Below are positions 38,222 through 48,816 of a DNA stretch of 64,000 nt, piece after piece. Origin of the DNA: an uncultured Dehalococcoidia bacterium (GTDB lineage: Bacteria; Chloroflexota; Dehalococcoidia; Lucifugimonadales; UBA3495); contig CATMOE010000002.1 in assembly GCA_950072105.1 (NCBI GenBank), positions 32,001 through 96,000 on the forward strand, read 5' to 3'. Below the pieces are notes generated by a model that saw only the letters and a program-made list of their open reading frames with translations, searched no databases and had not been told where the DNA came from. Position numbers and translations under genes: made by a program. How positions within the stretch are numbered: the first letter of the stretch is position 1; every line of letters starts with the position of its first letter.

Positions 38222-39160
38222 TCACCCCCCGCTTTTCTCTGCCTCCAGAGCCGCTCTCAGGACATCTTCGTCAACCCTCACTTCAACTCCGGCCCGCTCT
38301 TCCTGCAGCAGCATGGCCACACGGGAGTCCCGGTCTCCCCATCCCCGGTTCATGGCTTCCGTCATCTCTTGTAAGGCCAAGTTGGCCAGGCGCATAGGCA
38401 CGTCGTATTCCCGGCCCACGCCCACCGCCAGATCCACGTCCTTCCGGGCCAATCGCAGGGCGAAGTCCGGTGGGTCGAACTTTCCGGGCAGTAAGTGTTC
38501 CGCCAACCCCTCGAAAGTTCCCCGGCGGCCTTGCGCACCCCGTCGCACCGCTTGCCACAGGGCCAGGGGCTCGACCCCCGCCTTCACTCCCATGGTGAAC
38601 ACCTCGGCCAAGGCTGTCTGGATAACGTAGCCGGCGCAGTTGTGCACCAATTTGGCCACCGCGCCGCAGCCGATGGGTCCCACGTAATAGGCCTTGTCGC
38701 CAATGGCGTCCAACGCCGGACGGCACCGGTCGAAAACATCCTTGTCTCCGCCAACCCAGATCGCCAGGTTGCGGCTCTCGGCCCCTCTCGGGCCGCCGCT
38801 GACTGGCGCGTCCAGCACCTCGACACCTTGGCCCGACGCTATGTCGTGGAGACGACGGATCAGGTTGGGCGTGCTGGTGCTCAGGTCGAAGTACACCTTT
38901 CCGGCGGACATCCCTTGGAGGATGCCGTCCTCACCCAGGAACACCGCCTCAACCTCGGTGGGGCCGGGCAGAGAGGTGAACACGATATCGCTGGCCTCGG
39001 CAACCTCTCGCGGCGAGTCCGCCCAAGTCGCTCCCGCTTCCAGATGCCGGGTGGCCGACTCCCGGCGTATGTCGTGGACCACCAATTCATGTCCACCCTG
39101 GATAGTATTGAAGGCCATGCTCCCGCCCATGGTCCCCAGGCCGATAAATCCTACTTTCAT
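38222..39160 (-). CDS. Beta-hydroxyacid (3-hydroxyisobutyrate/2-hydroxy-3-oxopropionate) dehydrogenase family
   Basis: GFIGLGTMG, DAPVSGG, AKLVHN, FALRLARKD. Confidence 0.92.
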   Translation of the reverse strand: MKVGFIGLGTMGGSMAFNTIQGGHELVVHDIRRESATRHLEAGATWADSPREVAEASDIVFTSLPGPTEVEAVFLGEDGILQGMSAGKVYFDLSTSTPNLIRRLHDIASGQGVEVLDAPVSGGPRGAESRNLAIWVGGDKDVFDRCRPALDAIGDKAYYVGPIGCGAVAKLVHNCAGYVIQTALAEVFTMGVKAGVEPLALWQAVRRGAQGRRGTFEGLAEHLLPGKFDPPDFALRLARKDVDLAVGVGREYDVPMRLANLALQEMTEAMNRGWGDRDSRVAMLLQEERAGVEVRVDEDVLRAALEAEKSGG

Positions 39161-39342
39161 TCTTTCCTCCGGTAGTCCGGTGCGCTACCTACGCACCGGT
39201 GTTAGCCCCATTATCGAGTAGCACCTTCCCCACTGCAAGGGCCGGTGGGAGGGGTCTCTGGCAACCCAACATGGACGGCGCAACCTTTGATGGGCTATCC
39301 TAGAGGCAGTTGCTCAAATACACGTGAATTGGCGGGATCGAC

Positions 39343-40353
39343 ATGCTAGATCAGCAGGAAAAACTTTGGGATTATGACGCGGTGGAGGTTGGGCAGGCTG
39401 GTCCGACCACCGAAGTGGAGATTACCGAGGAGAACATCGCGGAGTACGCGTTGCTGGCCCAAAACCCAGACCCGCGGTTTCAGCGTCCGGGCGTCAGCCG
39501 GGAGTACGACGGGGCTATGCTGGCAATGCCCACCATGGTCATCACTTACGCCCCGTTAATGCGAGAGGAGATAGCCGAAGCCAACGGGTTCGTAGCCCAG
39601 GAGCGGTCCAACACGAACCGCCGCCAAACCCCTTTCGCCAAGTGCGAGATACGGTGGTGGGGTCCGGTCAAGGCCGGGGATACCATTACCGGCAGCCGCC
39701 GCGTATTGGAGAAGTACGACCGCCGGGGCAGCAAGTTCGTCACCTTCCGGGTAGAAGCGGCCAATCAGCACGGAGAAAAAGTCGCCGAGTACGATTACAC
39801 CTGCATCTTCGGCTACGCTCAGGGTAGTAAGTCGGTCCCCCAGATCCCAGGCTCGGCGGAACCGCAACCGCTTACCGGCAATCCAGGGGGGCAAGAGCTG
39901 GCCATGTCTTCGTCGGCGTTATTATCTTTTGACGCGCTGTCCGAAGGGACCCAACTGGCGCAGATGTCCATCTCTGAAAGTCAGGAAATCATCAATCGGA
40001 AGTCCGATTTCCGCTTGAGCGGAGAACCCAATCCCATCAATATTCACAACAACGAAGAATTTGCCCGGCAGAACATCTTCAGCGGCACGGTGTCCTCCGG
40101 TCCCGCGGCCATGTCCTACCTAGACCAGATGCTACAGATATCCTTTCCCCTGAGCGCCTTTTACCAGGGTGGACAGTTGCTGATGCGAGCCATCGAGCCT
40201 TTCCGCGCCGGCGACACCGTGACGTTCCAGGGGGAAGTGACTGCCAAAGACGCCGAGAGCGCCGGCCGCATCGTCGAGTGCCGGATAAAGGGCATCAACC
40301 AGCGCGGCGACTTGGTCAACCTGTCCGACGCCAAACTGATGCTATCCGTATAA
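39343..40353 (+). CDS. Double-hotdog MaoC-like protein
   Basis: Two hotdog repeats (PVKAGDTI; NIHNNEEFA...PFRAGDTV). Confidence 0.82.
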   Translation: MLDQQEKLWDYDAVEVGQAGPTTEVEITEENIAEYALLAQNPDPRFQRPGVSREYDGAMLAMPTMVITYAPLMREEIAEANGFVAQERSNTNRRQTPFAKCEIRWWGPVKAGDTITGSRRVLEKYDRRGSKFVTFRVEAANQHGEKVAEYDYTCIFGYAQGSKSVPQIPGSAEPQPLTGNPGGQELAMSSSALLSFDALSEGTQLAQMSISESQEIINRKSDFRLSGEPNPINIHNNEEFARQNIFSGTVSSGPAAMSYLDQMLQISFPLSAFYQGGQLLMRAIEPFRAGDTVTFQGEVTAKDAESAGRIVECRIKGINQRGDLVNLSDAKLMLSV

Positions 40354-40373
40354 AACCGAAGTGAAATCCTCTA

Positions 40374-40805
40374 CTAGCGCCCTGCGGGAATCCGTCCGTA
40401 TACTCGCTCGGGGGGCACCAGGAACACCACGGCGTCCTGCTCCACCATCGCGCGGTCGTACTCTTCCCAATCGGGATGGTCTTTGTCGCCACAGGCCCTG
40501 AAAACCTCCCGCAGCAGCACCCGCAACTCTTCAGCCGGGGTATTACGGCGGTCGAACAACTGGGCCTGACCCTCGACGGCAACGCAGCCTCGCCAGTCGT
40601 CGCTAACCGACAGAACCGTGCATTGCGGATTGCGCCGCAGGTTGCGCACCTTGGCGGAACTGCCTTGCACTGAGACGAACGCGGCGTTCCCTTTGTAGGC
40701 GCCGACCACAACGATGCTGGTCTGTACCGCCCCGTTGCGTTGCATCGTGCTGATCACTCCCCGGTGGTTGGTTTCCATGAATGGCCGGGCATCCTCGAAT
40801 TCCAT
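40374..40805 (-). CDS. PPOX-class (split beta-barrel) probable F420-dependent enzyme
   Basis: GVIST...G..Q.S, AKVRNLRRNP, HPDWEEYDRAMV. Confidence 0.88.
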   Translation of the reverse strand: MEFEDARPFMETNHRGVISTMQRNGAVQTSIVVVGAYKGNAAFVSVQGSSAKVRNLRRNPQCTVLSVSDDWRGCVAVEGQAQLFDRRNTPAEELRVLLREVFRACGDKDHPDWEEYDRAMVEQDAVVFLVPPERVYGRIPAGR

Positions 40806-41080
40806 CAGTTCACCTCAATCCAGCTTGCCCGCGCCGGGCGTATGGCCAATAGGCCGCGATAAATATCAGCCAAGAATACTCCTGGCTGATTGGGATTGTT
40901 ATACCATAGTTGGCCCACTCTCGCTTGAGATTCGAAACAATTGCTGAACCCGACTATATCTCGGCCAGACTGCGCGACAGCAACAGCGTACAATGATTAT
41001 TAACATGATTAGGCGTAAAAAAAGCTTCTGGCTGGTTGTGGACGTGGCCTCGTGACGCGGCCAGTACGGGAACAGTAGGG

Positions 41081-43716
41081 ATGGTCCGGCAGCGATTCAC
41101 GGGCATCATAGCTTTGGTCCTAATGACGGTTATATTGAGCTGCAGCGGCTCGGAAGCCGCCGATCCCACGCTCGATCCGTCACCGCAGGCGGACGTGCCT
41201 GGTACGCCCAACGTCGAGGCGACCATCGCCGCGGCATTGGAATTGGGCGCGCTGCCCGATGCCGAGCCTGATTCCCCGTCAGTTGTGGACCCTCGGAACT
41301 TCCCATCGGGCCTGGCAACCATCCTCGCGCCGCCGCCGCTGGCATTGGACACGCCAGTCCCTCCCACCGCGACTCCGGCGCCTACGTTCACGCCGGAACC
41401 GACCCATACGCCAAAGCCCACTCCAGTTCCCACACCAACACCGGTCCCGACCGCCACGCCGGAGCCGACTCCCGCCCCGACTCTGCCCGTCCCAACGGCC
41501 ACTCCCGATCCAACTCCGACTCCCTTCCCGGTAACCAAGTTCAAGCCCAATTTCACCGGCTTGATCCCCTCGGTGGATTCCCGCGTTACCGAGCTTCGTT
41601 TTTTCGAGTCCGGCGATATCCTCCTGCCTACCGCAGACAGGGTCTACCGGCGGACCTTAGCACAGTCGACAACCCGATCGGTCGCTTGGGAATTGAACCT
41701 TGCCCACCCGCCCCCGGCAAACGAGAAACAATTCACCCTCAAAGCGGTGTACTACCGGCCTGACGGCAGTGTGCTGAACAGCTTGACCCACAACGCTAGC
41801 ATTCCTGCTGGTTCAATTCTTAGTTCCGGCGCCTTAGCTTGGGGATGGACCTTGCCTGGCAATTAGCCAATCGGCGTCTACAAAGTTGACCTGAACGTCG
41901 ATTCCAAGTTGGTGGCCTCCGGAGAATTCGAGGTAGTTGACCTCCTTATCCCGTTTTCCGGCCGATTCTTGGCCATCCGCGATGACCTTACTTGGTCCAC
42001 CGGCTCACTTACATACGACAATCAGCGAGACCTGGAGAGCCTGGCAGCGCTGATGAGAACAGACCCCAACATGGCTGCCACAGTCGCGGCCTATCCTTGG
42101 ATCCTATCCGGCCCAACCGCCGCTAACCGGGGGCTTTGGAATACTTGGCGTTGTTGGCGGAGCAGGATCTGATCTTGGCCATGCAGTTGGCTGGGATGCC
42201 ATGGATAAAGGACGGCCTCAACACGGACGAGCTCGCTGTTTTGGGGGACCTCAAATCGTTGGCTACTCAGGATTTATTCTTATTGCAAAATCTCACCCGG
42301 AGTAACTGGGTGATTAAAAGCCCCTCCGGAGATGGCCGCCAAGCCCTTCGGAGTATCAACAACCTGTCCCTTCGCGACAAGTCCCTGGCCAGGTACGTCA
42401 CATCTTATGCCTGGGCCGGCGAGGACATCTCTACCCACGAGTCCTATGCGATAAATTCCATCGACGAAATCCATACGCTCGACGCCGCGCTGGGCGTGAC
42501 CGTGGCCGGCTTCCCCTGGGTCGTCGACGAGATATCCAAACGGGAACGGGCGGCGCTGTCGGACCTTGCGGGTATCGCCGCGAAAGACACGGCCGTGGCC
42601 AAAGTGGTTGCGGGCTTGCCCTGGCTCACCTTTAACATTAGCCAAGACGAAGGCGAGGCATTGACCCGTCTCCGAGAACTCCTGTCCCAGAATGCGTCGG
42701 TAGCCAAACAGGTGGCCGGGATGCCCTTTTTATCAACGTCCTTTGAGAGCCAAGACAAAGACGCTCTCCTGTCCCTGCTCCACCTGGCCGTCAACTTCCC
42801 CACGGTATTGACGCTGATAGCGCAGCAACCTTGCTTCTTGGACGGTCTCGACGACCAAGAAGCAAAGTTCGTGATCGTGGTGGGTACGCCCAAGGGCCGA
42901 TTTTTCGGGCCGGAAAGCTTTACCAAGTTGATCGTAAAGCACCAAGTCGAATCCCGGATTGCCACGATGCCATTAAGCGGAGAGGTTCGTCTGACTTATA
43001 TCCAGTCATCCTTAGATCCGGGAACCGGCGAGCTTGTGGCCCAGGTGGAAGACGCCATGCGAACCATGGAGAGCTTCATGGGCGTCCCCTTCCCCCGGCA
43101 GGAGGTTATTCTACTTCTAGCCGCGCCCTTGGAATTAAATAAGCCCTTAGATTTCGAATTGACCGGAATAAACCGGGGAACTCATATACTGGTCAATTCG
43201 GAACTCGGCAGACAAGGCGACACCAACCGAATCATCACCCACGAATTAGCCGGCTATTACTGGGGGCCCCAAGAGGCGCCACGTTGGTTCCAAGAGGGCG
43301 GCGCCTCTTTTCTTGCCAGCTATGTCCGGAACACCCTTTACGGCGAATCCCTGGAAGACCGGTCGATCTACACGCTGAGTAGAGCGGTAAGCGTCTGCAA
43401 ATCGACCGGTCTTCAGTCGATCCAAGGTCTGATCGACCGGTTGGCGGTGGATGGTCTGACTAAGCACCAGGCATCACCCTACTTCACTTGCAACGATAAC
43501 CAGGGAGAAAACCTATTCTTGGATCTATACAATACTCTGGGCTCGGAGTCTTTCCGGTCGTCCTGGAAAGAACTGTACGAGTTGGCAAAACGGGAGGGCC
43601 GGGCCGTTAACGAAACACAGATATACCGGGCATTCCTCAGGCATACCACCACTGATACAGTCGATGAGTTCAACGACTTATACGGCCGTCTGCACGGAGG
43701 GGTCTTTGAGGGGTAA
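41081..43716 (+). pseudogene. Large lipoprotein (P/T linker, beta domain, helical repeats, gluzincin-like C-terminus) broken by a TAG and a frameshift
   Basis: WGWTLPGN*PIGVYKVDLNVDSKLVASGEF continues in frame through TAG 41864-41866; frameshift in the G5 run at 42129-42133; HELAG...WFQEG. Confidence 0.75.
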
Positions 43717-43787
43717 TCGTTTGTCTGACGCTGAAATCATCAGAGTTTAAATCCCTGGAATCTAAATCCTCGGAGAGTCTGCATTCT

Positions 43788-44576
43788 ATGGAACTGAAAG
43801 AGTTGGGACGCACCGGCGTTATGGTGCCGGAGATTGGGCTGGGCACTTGGAAATACAGCGGCGGCTCCGCGCCCCTGCTCCGGGGGATTGATCTCGGCGC
43901 CAACTTGATAGACACCGCTGAGATGTACCGAACCGAAGACGCGGTGGGGCAAGCCATCGCCGGACGCCGCGACGACGTTTTCCTTGCCACCAAGGTTTTG
44001 GGCAGTCATCTTCGCTACGACCAGGTGTTATGGGCCGCTGATGAGAGCCTGCGCCGATTGGCCGTGGATCGTATCGACCTTTATCAGATCCACTGGTCCA
44101 ACCGCAGCGTCCCCATCTCCGAAACGATGCGGGCGATGGAGGAACTGATCGACGCCGGAAAGGTCAGATACATTGGGGTAAGCAACTTCTCCGTCAATGA
44201 ACTTCAAGAAGCCCAGGAAGTAATGACCAAACACCCCATAGTGTCCAATCAGGTCCTTTACAACCTGAACTCCCGCCGCATCGAGCAGGACTTGCTGCCC
44301 TATTACCAGGAGCACCATATCACAATTATCGCCGATGGCTCTCTGGCCACCCCCTCTCGCTTTCTTACAGACCGCCGGCTCAAGATCCTAGAGCAGGTGG
44401 AGGCCCAGACAAACAGGACTATGGCCCAAGTGGCTCTGAACTGGTGCACCTCTAGGACTAACGTAATCGTCATCCCGAAGTCCAACAGCGTCACCCGGAC
44501 CGAAGAAAACTGTACCGCATCGGGCTGGCGTCTGTCTCCGGCCCAGGTCCGGACTCTGGACGAAGCCTTCGCCTAG
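43788..44576 (+). CDS. Aldo/keto reductase (possibly damaged by an in-frame deletion)
   Basis: IGLGTW, IDTAEMY, IDLYQIHW, GKVRYIGVSNF, VIPKS; the usual Y[ST]PL motif is missing. Confidence 0.88.
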   Translation: MELKELGRTGVMVPEIGLGTWKYSGGSAPLLRGIDLGANLIDTAEMYRTEDAVGQAIAGRRDDVFLATKVLGSHLRYDQVLWAADESLRRLAVDRIDLYQIHWSNRSVPISETMRAMEELIDAGKVRYIGVSNFSVNELQEAQEVMTKHPIVSNQVLYNLNSRRIEQDLLPYYQEHHITIIADGSLATPSRFLTDRRLKILEQVEAQTNRTMAQVALNWCTSRTNVIVIPKSNSVTRTEENCTASGWRLSPAQVRTLDEAFA

Positions 44577-44721
44577 TGAGCCCTATTGGAGTAAACCCTA
44601 CCCTCAAGTTGACAAACCATGGGGGACACGCTAGGGTAGCCACTGGGTTATCGCCTCACGCCTATGTCTCCAACTCTGGTATTCTCCCCTTGCCCGGTTT
44701 CGCATCTCGCAAGTCTCGGTC

Positions 44722-46047
44722 TTGATGAGATATATGCCAAACCAACCCTTAGAAACCGTGGGCACCCAGGAGTTAATCATGCGGCCCGGTTTTGAAACAG
44801 GCCATGAGCTCCCTAGCGCTGGCTCCCCAGGCGAGCCCGGGGCCGCGGTTACACCACAAAACGGCGAATACACAATCTCGGTGAGGTCTCTTTGGAAGGT
44901 GTTCGGCAAGAACCCGGAAAGGGCACTGGAAGCCCAAAACCTTCAGAAAAGCAGAACGAAGATCCAACAAGAGCTTAATCTGGTGGTAGCCCTCAAGGAT
45001 GTCACATTTGAGGCTACTACCGGAGAGACTTTCGTTGTCATGGGCCTTTCTGGGAGCGGTAAATCTACCCTGGTGCGTTGTCTCATACGACTCATAGAGG
45101 CAACTTCGGGGGATATCCTTGTTGATGGGGAGAACATAATAGACTACGACTCAAACCAGCTGAGAAACTTCAGGCGCTCAAAGGTGGCCATGGTCTTTCA
45201 AAACTTTGGCCTGCTGCCACACAAGAACGTTTTGGATAATGCCGCCTACGGGCTTGAAGTCCGTGGCGTGGGCAAGGAACAGCGGTACGAAGTTGCCTCA
45301 GAAATGCTGGCGAAAGTGGGATTGACCGGCTGGGAAGGGTCCTATCAAAGGGAGTTGAGTGGCGGCATGCAGCAACGGGTGGGCCTGGCACGGGCCCTGG
45401 CCCTGGACCCTGAGATTTTGCTCATGGATGAACCGTTCAGTGGTCTCGACCCGCTGATCCGGCGCCAGATGCGTGGCGAGCTAGCCTCTCTCCAAGAAGA
45501 GATCCAGAAGACCATCATCTTTATCACCCACGACCTGGATGAGGCGGTTACGGTAGGCGACCGGATCGCCATAATGAAGGACGGGGAAATCATACAACTG
45601 GGCAGCCCGCAGGACATTATCATGAACCCCGTCGACGACTTTGTTAAGGAATTCACCCAGGGCATTCCCAAGACCAAGGTAATCAACGTCGCCAGTATAA
45701 TCAGCGAACCAGAGCTGATTATAGCGGATTGGCGACGCATAGAGGATTTGGTTGCTCAGATGGACCGCGCAGGTACTGAATATGCGATTTGCGTGGATAC
45801 CGACAACAAATACATCGGCGTTATCCCCAAGCAGAAAGTAACACTCCTGGCTGGACGACCAGCCGGAGACCTCACAGACATTCTCCACACCGATGTGGCC
45901 ACTGTGCACCCGGAAACTCTGCTAGAACAAGCCCTCGCTGCTCTGGTGGATGCCACCATTCCCATTCCTGTAGTCGACGGAAGCAATTGCTTCCTGGGTG
46001 TAGCAGCGCAAAGGGATATACTTATGGTCATTGCCGCCAACCTTTAG
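44722..46047 (+). CDS. proV: Glycine betaine/proline ABC transporter ATP-binding subunit with CBS pair
   Basis: VMGLSGSGKST, MVFQNFGLLPH, LSGGMQQRVGLARAL, FITHDLDEA. Start uncertain. Confidence 0.92.
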   Translation: MMRYMPNQPLETVGTQELIMRPGFETGHELPSAGSPGEPGAAVTPQNGEYTISVRSLWKVFGKNPERALEAQNLQKSRTKIQQELNLVVALKDVTFEATTGETFVVMGLSGSGKSTLVRCLIRLIEATSGDILVDGENIIDYDSNQLRNFRRSKVAMVFQNFGLLPHKNVLDNAAYGLEVRGVGKEQRYEVASEMLAKVGLTGWEGSYQRELSGGMQQRVGLARALALDPEILLMDEPFSGLDPLIRRQMRGELASLQEEIQKTIIFITHDLDEAVTVGDRIAIMKDGEIIQLGSPQDIIMNPVDDFVKEFTQGIPKTKVINVASIISEPELIIADWRRIEDLVAQMDRAGTEYAICVDTDNKYIGVIPKQKVTLLAGRPAGDLTDILHTDVATVHPETLLEQALAALVDATIPIPVVDGSNCFLGVAAQRDILMVIAANL

Positions 46048-46267
46048 TCCCCACCCTATTCGTTCCCACCCTCCGCCAGCTTACACTCCTCAATATAAAT
46101 AGAGATGGGCACCAGTTGCCGATGCCGATCCGCCAATCCTGGCAGTCAATGAAAGCAATACGTTCATCGCCCCTAACAGATAGACTTGTCCAAGGTGAAA
46201 GTAAAATCTTTGTGGACTGTGGTGAGTACGGTCATTGAATTTCCATCCTCAGCGAAGCGAGTGAAAT

Positions 46268-47278
46268 ATGGGAATCAAATTCAGGAAGATCGCCAACCTG
46301 ATCACCGGCAAGGGCGCAACACGCGCCAGCGAAAATGCCGAGAGAATTCGCAAGATGGCCATAATCGCGGCCGTCATCGGCATTGCACTCCTGGCCTCGT
46401 TCCTTGTTCACAAGTACGGCGTCACCGGTGCGCTAAAGTACCCGACGAACTTGGGACCTGAGCTTACCGGTCTCCTAGACGGGGGATTTCAGTGGATACT
46501 TGTAAACGGGGAATGGTTCTTTGACGCCATCAGCGACAATTTGAAGATTGCCCTCGGCAAATTGAGAGACTTCTTGGTCTGGATCCCTTGGCCTGTGGTC
46601 GTAGCTTTGATCTTCCTGCTCGGCTGGAGAATAGCCTCCTTTGCCGTTGGAATAGCTTCAGCCCTGGGAATGGTAGCCATCGGATTGGTCAATCTTTGGG
46701 AGCCGGCAATGGTCACAGTAGCCATTATGATGGTATCAGTGTCCATTGCCATTGCTTTCGGCATCCCTATGGGCATATTGGCGGCAAGTAGTAATTCGGT
46801 GGAAAAACTAATTCGTCCTGTATTGGACGGTATGCAGACGATGCCCAGCTTCGTTTACCTAATCCCAGGCATCATGCTCTTTGGCCTCGGCAATGTGGCA
46901 GCAATCCTGGCGACTGTGCTCTACGCCCTTCCACCGTGTATAAGGCTGACCAACTTGGGGATACGGCAGGTCGATCCTTCAGTCGTGGAGGCCGGCCGGT
47001 CGTTCGGCTCAAGCCCATTCCAGTTACTTTATAAAGTGCAGATTCCTATGGCCGTTCCGACCATCATGGCAGGGATCAATCAGACCGTAATGATGGCCCT
47101 GGCCATGGCTACGATTGCGGCCATGGTGGGTGCAGGAGGCCTGGGTATAGAAGTGCTACGGTCTATGGGTCAACTTGAGGAAGGCGAAGCTTTCGTGGCT
47201 GGGACAGCAATCGTTATCATGGCGATTATCATCGACCGAATCTCCCAGGGATACGTCCTGTCACGCAGCGACAGTTGA
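46268..47278 (+). CDS. proW: Glycine betaine/proline ABC transporter permease
   Basis: LDGMQTMPSFVYLIP, IRLTNLGIRQV, IMAGINQT.MMAL. Confidence 0.92.
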   Translation: MGIKFRKIANLITGKGATRASENAERIRKMAIIAAVIGIALLASFLVHKYGVTGALKYPTNLGPELTGLLDGGFQWILVNGEWFFDAISDNLKIALGKLRDFLVWIPWPVVVALIFLLGWRIASFAVGIASALGMVAIGLVNLWEPAMVTVAIMMVSVSIAIAFGIPMGILAASSNSVEKLIRPVLDGMQTMPSFVYLIPGIMLFGLGNVAAILATVLYALPPCIRLTNLGIRQVDPSVVEAGRSFGSSPFQLLYKVQIPMAVPTIMAGINQTVMMALAMATIAAMVGAGGLGIEVLRSMGQLEEGEAFVAGTAIVIMAIIIDRISQGYVLSRSDS

Positions 47279-47325
47279 TCTCAGGCCCAACTCCACGCCA
47301 GGGCAGACTTGGAACAAGGGTAATA

Positions 47326-47359
47326 GAAAGGAGCCCCCGTCACGACGGGGGCTCCTTTC
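47326..47359. terminator. Bidirectional terminator between proW and proX
   Basis: GAAAGGAGCCCCCGTC-AC-GACGGGGGCTCCTTTC. Confidence 0.8.
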
Positions 47360-47394
47360 GTCAGAATCGTAATCTGCTTTTCGGGGCGCGGCAG

Positions 47395-48675
47395 TTAATC
47401 CTCTTTGGCTAGGGCAGCTTTGACATTGGCCCAGACATCGACAGGAACCCAGTCCCTCCAGGCATCGTTGTTCTTTAAATACCAGATGCCCGTGGCAGAG
47501 TAGATTTCTTCGCTCGATCGTCCTGCGTTTTTAAGTGCTTTTTTATTTTCACCGTACCATCCCTCTGCTGCCAGCTGGTTGCCGGCGCTCCAATCCCAAT
47601 TCTTGAAGAACGGAATCAGTTCTGGCGCGTCTGCAACTAACTCAATATTCATCGCAATCATGATTTCCGCTGCGGGGAATGCGCATCCATGCACAGGAGA
47701 GTTATCAGTGCATTCCGAAGGGTCTGGCTGTTCCAAATCTCGCATATCTAATTTGTGGGCTAACGCCGTTGGTCCCCAATAATAGAAGAGGATTGCGTCT
47801 TCTTTAGCAAATGCTCCTTCGATGGCAGCAGCCAAAGCCCCTGACGTACCAGGATCACGCAATACCACGTGGTCTTCCAAACCCATCCCGACTATTTGCC
47901 CTACCCCAGTGTCGGGTGAGCCATCTTGCATGGTACGACAACCCCAGCCAGCTATGCACCCGAGTAGTACTGCTTTACCACCATCTTGTTCGAACAATGA
48001 ATTGAATTCGTCGTTCTTCAAATCTTCGATAGAATCGAGTTCTGGGTTGGCATCCTGGAGATAACCCGGGATAAGGAAGGAACTTTGCCAGTTATCTTCC
48101 AGGCTTTTGCCAACTGGAATCACTTCGCCTGCCTTAACAGCTTCATTCCACGCTGCGTCTTGGTTGGGAAGCCAGATCTCCATGGTTATATCTACGTCGC
48201 CCTTACGAAGGCCCTGGAACAGCGGTAAGGTCGAACCTTCTATCTGCGAAGTGGGATATCCATAACCATGTTCAACAATATATCGGGCCACACCGTTCTG
48301 GACTAATGCGCTGTCCCAGTCCAACCCACCAAAAACGATTTCTCTTTTGTCCTTGACCGGCGGTGCTATCTGGACTTCTACGATTCTCTCTACGATTTTC
48401 TCTACGATTACCTCTTTTATGACCTCTACCGGAACTTCTTTGATTACCTGCTTTTCTACGGGTACCTCTTTAATTACTTCTTGCTTGACGATCTTTTCTA
48501 CAGGTACCTCTTTGATTACCTCTTTGATGACGATCTTCTCTACAGGTACCTCTTTGATAACTTCGATTTGTCTGACAGCCTGATCGCTCCCGCCACACGC
48601 CGCAACCACCGCAAAAAGGGTAAGCGCGAAGATCAGAAGAATTGCTTTCTTGGTCAGAAAATGGTGAATAAACAC
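47395..48675 (-). CDS. proX: Glycine betaine ABC transporter substrate-binding lipoprotein with VPVEK repeat stalk
   Basis: Lipobox VAAC, LDWDSA, GDVDITMEIWLPN, GCIAGWGC, FYYWGP. Confidence 0.88.
   Translation of the reverse strand: MFIHHFLTKKAILLIFALTLFAVVAACGGSDQAVRQIEVIKEVPVEKIVIKEVIKEVPVEKIVKQEVIKEVPVEKQVIKEVPVEVIKEVIVEKIVERIVEVQIAPPVKDKREIVFGGLDWDSALVQNGVARYIVEHGYGYPTSQIEGSTLPLFQGLRKGDVDITMEIWLPNQDAAWNEAVKAGEVIPVGKSLEDNWQSSFLIPGYLQDANPELDSIEDLKNDEFNSLFEQDGGKAVLLGCIAGWGCRTMQDGSPDTGVGQIVGMGLEDHVVLRDPGTSGALAAAIEGAFAKEDAILFYYWGPTALAHKLDMRDLEQPDPSECTDNSPVHGCAFPAAEIMIAMNIELVADAPELIPFFKNWDWSAGNQLAAEGWYGENKKALKNAGRSSEEIYSATGIWYLKNNDAWRDWVPVDVWANVKAALAKED
48375..48570 (-). repeat. Coding tandem repeat (VIKEVPVEK)n
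   Basis: IEVIKEVPVEKIVIKEVIKEVPVEKIVKQEVIKEVPVEKQVIKEVPVEVIKEVIVEKIVERIVEV. Confidence 0.85.
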
Positions 48676-48816
48676 GTGGTCGCCTCCAATGTCATCGGCT
48701 GGGTACGCAGCGACTACCCTATACTAGAATAAGCGGCGGCGTCAACACCCAAATACCCGTGGCCACGCCAGGCAGTCCCGATTTGCGCCCGTGTAACGAC
48801 CAAAGGCTTTAGCTCG

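Noticed and set aside
41340..41530. Array-like or CRISPR-like repeats
   Set aside because: Degenerate Pro/Thr linker codons. No constant repeat with unique spacers exists here or elsewhere in the window.
13992..41866. Genome-wide TAG recoding or pyrrolysine (two in-frame TAGs)
   Set aside because: TAG terminates many intact genes here (coxS, obgE, nadD, gcvT). The two sites imply different residues, and no pyl genes are visible.
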